64,000 nt of DNA from the human T2T-CHM13v2.0 reference genome, Homo sapiens: the NCBI RefSeq assembly GCF_009914755.1, contig NC_060939.1; one strand, given 5' to 3'. The position numbers were made by a program, and so were the translations under genes. The notes beneath the pieces were generated by a model, which saw nothing but the letters and a program-made list of their open reading frames with translations, did not search any database and was not told where the DNA came from. This document shows, piece by piece, positions 57,442 through 64,000 of this stretch (position 1 is its first letter; each line of letters begins with the position of its first letter).

Positions 57442-58540
57442 GAATATGCCCTATCAACAAGATTAATCACTGCTGATATTGATCTTGGTCTGCTGGCTGA
57501 GGCAGTATTTGTCAGCTCTCTGTAAAGTTACTCCTTGTTTTTTTTTTTTTCCTGCATGAAGGCTTTAAACTATAAATTCAACGTCTTTATAGATAGAAGG
57601 CAATTGAGGTTATCTGTTTCTTCCTGAGTGAACTTTAGAAGTTGGTGTCTTTCAAGGAATTTATCCCTTTCATCTAAGTTGTCAAATTTATTGCATAAAG
57701 TTGTTCATAATATTCTGTTATTATCCTTTTAAGATATATAGAATTTGTAGTGATTTACTTCTCTCAATCATTTTAGAAATTGGTAATTTTTGTCTTTTTC
57801 TTTTCTTAATCATTTTAGCTATAGATTTATCAATTTTATTGATCTTAAAGAGCCAGCTCTCTGTCTCATTGAGTTTTCTCTGTTGTCATTGAGTCCTTTC
57901 GCCTTTTCCGATATATGTGTTTAGCGCTATCAATTTCCCCCTAAGTACCACTTGAGCACCATCTCATGCATTTTGATGTGTTGAGTTTTCCCTTTCATCC
58001 TCTTTAAAATTGTTTCTAATTTTACTTTTGATAACCTCTTTAACTCTTGGTTTCTTCTGAAATGTGTTATATCATTTCCACATATGTGGATATTTTTCAG
58101 ATCTCTTTCTGTTTTAGATACCTATTTAATTCCATTTTTTATCAAATAAGATACTTTGTATGAATCATACCCTTTTAAATTTTTTGAAGCTTGCTTGATG
58201 GGCCAGAATATGATCCATCTTGGTAAATGATCTGTGTACACTTGAAAAGAATGTGTATTCTATTCTTATTGGGTAGGGTGCTTTATAAATGTCAATTAGG
58301 TCAAATTATTTAATAGAGTTCTTCAAGTCTTCCATATTCTTGCTGATTTTTTGGTCTATGTTTTCCTATTAATTTTGTGGCAGAGGGTATTAAAATCTCT
58401 GATTATAGTTATGGATTTGTCTATTTCTCCTGGCAATTGTATCCAGAAGTATGGGAAGTTGGCTACATTCCCTTCCGTATTCCTCATTCGCATTGACCCT
58501 TTTAGTCTGATTACTTGCATTTTTTAAAACACGGAAAGTG

Positions 58541-58683
58541 TGTTTTTGTTTGTTTGTTTGTTTGTTTTAAGATACGGGGTTTTGCCATGTTGCTCAGGCT
58601 GGTCTCCAACTCCTGGGCTCAACATTCCTTCCACCTCGGCCTCCAAAGTGCTAGGATTATAGGCGTGAGCCACTGCACCCCCA
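58541..58683 (-). mobile_element. Alu left monomer (FLAM/AluJ-like)
   Basis: gatacggggttttgccatgttgctcaggctgg...gagccactgcaccc. Confidence 0.8.
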
Positions 58684-58928
58684 CTGATTTATTTATTTAT
58701 TTTTTTTACTATCTTAAATATCCTTCTCCTCTATTCCCTTTCTTTTTGCCCTTGTAAACAACTACTAGAGGTTGAAACTTTTTGTCCTTCCTCGGACAAA
58801 AAGTCTTTTCCTCCTTGCTCTCTGTACCTCTGTTTTTTTATTCTGCCCTCTGAGGACATTTCACCTTCTTACTTTATTCTTTGATCCAGTTATTTATTTA
58901 GCATATCTATTGAATTTCTTACTCCAAT

Positions 58929-59402
58929 TGTATTAGTTCTCTATTGATGCTGCAATGAAATACCACAAACTGTGTGGTCTAAAATAACACAATGTATGAT
59001 CTATTTTATAGTTCTGGAGGTCAGAAGTCCTCAAATCAAGGTGTTCACATTCCAGACAGGGTGGAATCTGTTTTCTTGCCTCTCCTGCCTTCTAGAGGCT
59101 GCCTGCAGTCCTTGCCTCATTGCCCCTTGCTCCAGCTTCCCAGCTGGTGGCATGACATCTTCAGATCTCCCTGCCTCCATTGTCAGATCTCCTTCTCTGA
59201 CTTGGATTCTCCTGCTTCCGCCTTATAAGGACCCTTGTGATTATACTGAGCCTACCCACATAAACCCAGGGTAACCTCCCCATCTCAAAATCTGTAACTT
59301 AATCACATCTTCACATTCCCTTTCGCTGTGTAAGGTAACATAGCTATAGGTTCTGGGGATTAGGAAGTGGACATCTTTGAGGCTATTGCTCTGCCTACCA
59401 TG
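58929..59402 (-). mobile_element. MLT1C/D-like LTR
   Basis: tgtattagttctctattg...ttctggaggtcagaagtcc...tataaggacccttgtgatta...ctgcctacca. Confidence 0.8.
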
Positions 59403-59475
59403 ATAGTGTTCAAATTTACATTTTTAAAAAATTTTACAAGTAACTAGACCTTTCATATTCCTCTGAGAATATTAA

Positions 59476-59824
<349 letters not shown>

Positions 59825-61100
59825 CTTAGTTATGCTTTTTAAAAAGTCTCCACTTAATTCTTATCTCCTTGAGTGTTTGTTGGGATCTGGAGTCTACTTT
59901 ATGAAGTTGTTTCTCATACATTGATGATTCTTGGCTCTGTGCACAACTTTTTATTTGAGAGTGCTTATGAGGTTGCCTCCTGTGGTTAAGGGGAAATAAG
60001 GGATGTTCTGTTGAGTGCAGTGGACTGGTTTCTGTTTTTCTGATTGTTTCTATCATCCATGGCACTGCCCTGACTTTCTGTTTCAGATGCCCACACTCAC
60101 TCAGTACCCCTTCCTGAAGGCAGTTGCCAGGGCTCCTGGCACTGGTACAAACCCAGGATGAGTGGACTCACCTGGCTGCTCTTTTCTCAGAAAGCCAGCC
60201 AGCTTTCAGGATCCGCTTACACTGAGTTTTGAGCGCCCTTAGACTTCACTGTCACAGCATTCCGCTTTGGGAGCCATTTTGAACCTCATTTCCTCCATCT
60301 GCTGCTTTCCATCTTCCAGGCATTCTTGTATTCCTCATAATTTCTGGTCTACCAGCAGTATTTAGTCTCATTTTCCAACATTATTTGCAACCTTAAAAAG
60401 TCCTATTTTGTAAGTGATAGGGATTTGGTACATGAAAGGAAGGCTGCAGTCCTGTACTTCATTGTGCCATATTAATGGAAATTTCCCTTAAGACATTCAA
60501 TGCCACTTATCTCACTGGTTGCATCTTTGCTTCTCCCCAGGATGGCTTTAGGTGCTGAATGGATAGAGACAAAGAATCTTGACTCATATGATGAGAAAAT
60601 ATTCTTTTTTTCAATTCTCTTATATTCATTCCAATTTCAAGGAGATAAGCTACAGTTTTGTGCTGGAGTATTTTTAATGTTCAATTTTAACAGAGAGGAG
60701 AGGCCTCCGGTTAAAAGTCATTTACAGACTACAGAATGTATCTTTTGGATGTAATAAAATTGTCTATTTTCCATTGTAATTATTTTCATGCTTACAGTCT
60801 CTATAGCATGTGGTACTAGTTTTCAGTTTACATTTTTTGATGTAATGTTTCAGTGAAAGTTATTTGAATAAAATTGATTTTATAAAAAACGTATCAAGAG
60901 GATACTTAGGTACAATTCTCTGAAGACTATTTTTTGTTGTTTGTTTTTAAAGATTTTGATGAAGCAGATATATTTTCAAGGTAGAATTCATTGGTGCCAA
61001 TTTTCTATCTCTTCTTATTTACTTATTTTTTTGCGCTTTATATTTCTGTAGTTGGGGGAGAATTTCAACTTCCCATGTGAAGCACTCCCCCTTTCCTTTC

Positions 61101-63814
61101 TTTATTTTTTTGGTATTCTAATTTTTTTCCTTAGGTTTTTGAGGAACAGGTGGTATTTGGTTACATAAGTAAGCTGTTTAGTGGTGATATTTGTGAGATT
61201 TCAGTGCACCCATCAGCCGAGCAGTGTACACTGAACCCAATTTGTAGCCTTTTATCCCTTACCCCTTCCACCCTTTCTCTCAAGTCCCCAAAGTCCATTG
61301 TATCATTCTTATGTCTTTGCATCCTCATAGCTTAGCTCCCACTTATGGGTGAGAACACATGATGTTTGGTTTTCCATTCCTGAGTTTCTTCACTTAGAAT
61401 AATAGTCTCCAATTCCACCCAGGTTGCTGCAGATGCCATTAGTTCATTTCTTTTTATGGTTGAGTAGTATTCTACCACATATATATACCACAGTTTTTTT
61501 ATCCACTCATTGATGGGCATTTGGGCTGGTCCCATATTTTTGCAATTGCAAATTTTGCTGCTATAAACATGCGTGTGCAAGTATCTTTTTTGTATAATGA
61601 CTTCTTTTTCCTCTGGGTAGATACCCAGTAGTGGGATTGCTGGATCAATGGTAGTTCCACTTTTAGTTCTTTAAGGAATCTCCACACAGTTTTCCATAGT
61701 GGTTGTACTAGTTTACATTCTTACCAGCAGTGTAGAAATGTTCCCTTTTCACCCATCCACGCCAACATCTATTTTTTTTAATATTTTGATTATTGCCATT
61801 CTTGCAGGGGTAAGTTGATATCGCATTGTGGTTTTGATTTGCATTTCCCGGATCATTAGTGATGTTGAGCATTTTTTTCATGTTTGTTGGCCATTTGTAT
61901 ATCTTCTTTTGAGAATTGTCTATTCATGTCGTTAGCCCACTTTTAGATGGGATTGTTTGTTTTTTTCTTGCTAAGTTGTTTGAGTTCCTTGTAGATTCTG
62001 GATATTAGTCCTTTGTCAGATGTATAGATTGTGAAGATTTTCTCCCACTCTGTGGGTTGTCTGTACACTCTGACTGTTCCTTTCGCTCTGCAAAAGCTCT
62101 TTAGTTTAATTAAGTCCCAGCTATTTATCTTTATTTTTGTTCCATTTGCTTTTGGGTTCTTGGTCATGAAGTCTTTGCCTAAGCCAATGTCTAGAAGAGT
62201 TTTTCCAATGTTATCTTCTAGAATTTTTATAGTTTCAGGTCTTAGATTTAAGTCCTTGATCCACGTTGAGTTGATTTTTGTATAAGGTGAGAGATGAGGA
62301 TCCAGTTTCATTCTCCTACACATAGCTTGCCAATTATCCCAACACCATTTGTTGAATAGGGTGTCCTTTCCCCACTTTATGCTTTCGTTTGCTTTGTCGA
62401 AGATCAGTTGGCTGTACGTATTTGGCTTTATTTCTGGGTTCTCTGTTCTGTTCCATTGGTCTATGTGCCTATTTTTATAACAGTACCATGCTGTTTTGGT
62501 GACTGTGGCCTTATAGTATAGTTTGAAATCAGGTAATGTGATGCCTCCAGATTTGTTCTTTTTGGTTAGTTTTGCTTTGGCTATGTGGGCTCTTTTTTGG
62601 TTTCATATGATTTTTAGGATTGTTTTTTCTAGTTTTGTGAAGAATGATGGTGGTATTTTGATGATGGGAATTGCACTGAATTTGTAGACTGCTTTTGGCA
62701 GTATGGTTATCTTCACAATATTGATTCTGCCCATCCAAGAGCATGGGATGTGTTTCCATTTGTTTGTGACATCTGTGATTTCTTTCAGCAGTATTTTGTA
62801 GTTTTCCTTGTAGAGGTCTTTTACCTTTTTGGTTAGGTATATTTCTAAGTTTTTGTTTTGCAGCTATTATAAAAGGGGTTGAGTTCTTGATTTGATTCTC
62901 AGCTTGGTCTCTGTTGGTATATAGCAGAGCTACTGATTTATGTACATTAATTTTGTATCCTGAAACTTTGCTGAATTCATTTATCAGTTCTAGGAGCTTT
63001 TTGGAGGAGTCTTTAGGGTTCTAGGGTTTTCTAGGTATACAATTATATCATCAGCAAACAGTGACAGTTTGACTTCCTCTATACCGATTTGGATGCCCTT
63101 TATTTCTTTCTCTTGTCTGATTGCTTTGGCTAGAACTTCCAGTACTATATTGAATAGAAGTGGTGAGAGTGGGCATCCTTGTCTTGTTCCAGTTCTCAGC
63201 GGAAATGCTTTCAACTTTTGTCGATTCAGTATTATGTTGGCTGTGGGTTTTTCGTAGATGGTTTTTATTACATTGAGGTATGTCCCTTGTATGCCGATTT
63301 TGCTGAGGGTTTTAATCACGAAGGGATGCTGGATTCTGCAAATGCTTTTTCTGTGTCTATTGAGATGATCGTGTAATTTTTGTTTTTAATTCTGTTTATG
63401 TGGTGTATCACATATATTGACTTGCGTATGTTAAACCATCCCTGCATCCCTGGTATAAAACCCACTTGATTGTGGTGGATTATCTTTTTGATATGCTATT
63501 GGATTCATTTAGCTAGTATATTGTCAAGGATTTTTGCATCTATGTTCATCAGGGATATTGGTCTGTAGTTTTCTTTTTTTTCTATGTCCCTTCCTGGTTT
63601 TGGTATTAAGGTGATACTGACTTCATAGAATGATTTAGGGAGGATTCCCTCTTTCTGTATCTTGTAGAATAGTGTCAATAGGATTGGTACCGATTCTTCT
63701 TTGAATGTCTGATAGAATTCAGCTGTGAATCCATGTGGTCCTGGACTTTTTTTTTTTTGGTAATTTTAAAATTACCATTTCAGTCTTGCTGCTTGTTATT
63801 GGTCTGTTCAGGGT
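61101..63814 (-). mobile_element. 5'-truncated L1PB (L1PB1-like), with a probable 3' transduction extending to 60929
   Basis: L1PB-type 3'UTR (gaggaacaggtggtatttggttacat); ORF2 fragments at 61943..62323 and 62990..63319 (RT motifs [10 protein letters not shown] and LFADD); TSD at 60916-60928 and 63815-63827. Confidence 0.9.
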
Positions 63815-64000
63815 TTCTCTGAAGACTTTTTATATTGTATTATGCTAACACTAGTTTGTGTCTCAAAAAAAAAAAAAACAAAACATAAAACCGAAATGCA
63901 GTAAAATAGGATTTCCTCACTCCTGCCACAGTCCAGGGAGAATATTCCAAGAAGATAGGTGGTTCTAATGCATAGAGTCTCTCAGGGGTCTAGGCTGATG

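Overview
Primate genomic DNA, most consistent with human. It covers the internal part of SH3GL3 (endophilin-A3) on the + strand. Seven GT-AG coding exons (inferred exons 2-8; 69, 73, 144, 134, 159, 104 and 110 nt) splice into one open frame, LFSEKISGAEGTKLDDEF...SVVKTT(G), which encodes the N-BAR domain and the linker. Exon 1 lies upstream and the SH3-domain exon lies downstream of the window. The rest is intron rich in transposon fossils: a near full-length L1MA with TSD and 5'UTR monomers, L1PB, L1PA, old L1M/L2/MIR, about 19 Alu pieces, five MLT1 LTRs, MER30, MER20, MER5, Charlie-like elements and MADE1. I found no evidence of a new gene or a new multi-gene system; the ORF track is almost entirely repeat-derived or spurious. 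The best leads are: (1) an L1PB whose TSD encloses about 150 bp of extra unique DNA plus a second tail, which looks like a 3' transduction; (2) a pristine 5'-truncated AluYc1-like insertion that may be polymorphic; (3) a ~108-bp local templated duplication; (4) splicing features: an exon 2-6 (or 2-5) circle would have a stop-free frame, exon 6 has an internal donor predicted to give an NMD-escaping SH3-less product, and three consecutive acceptors are AAG; (5) a strong CTCF-like motif in intron 3. Repeat subfamily names come from recalled consensus sequences, not from a RepeatMasker run.
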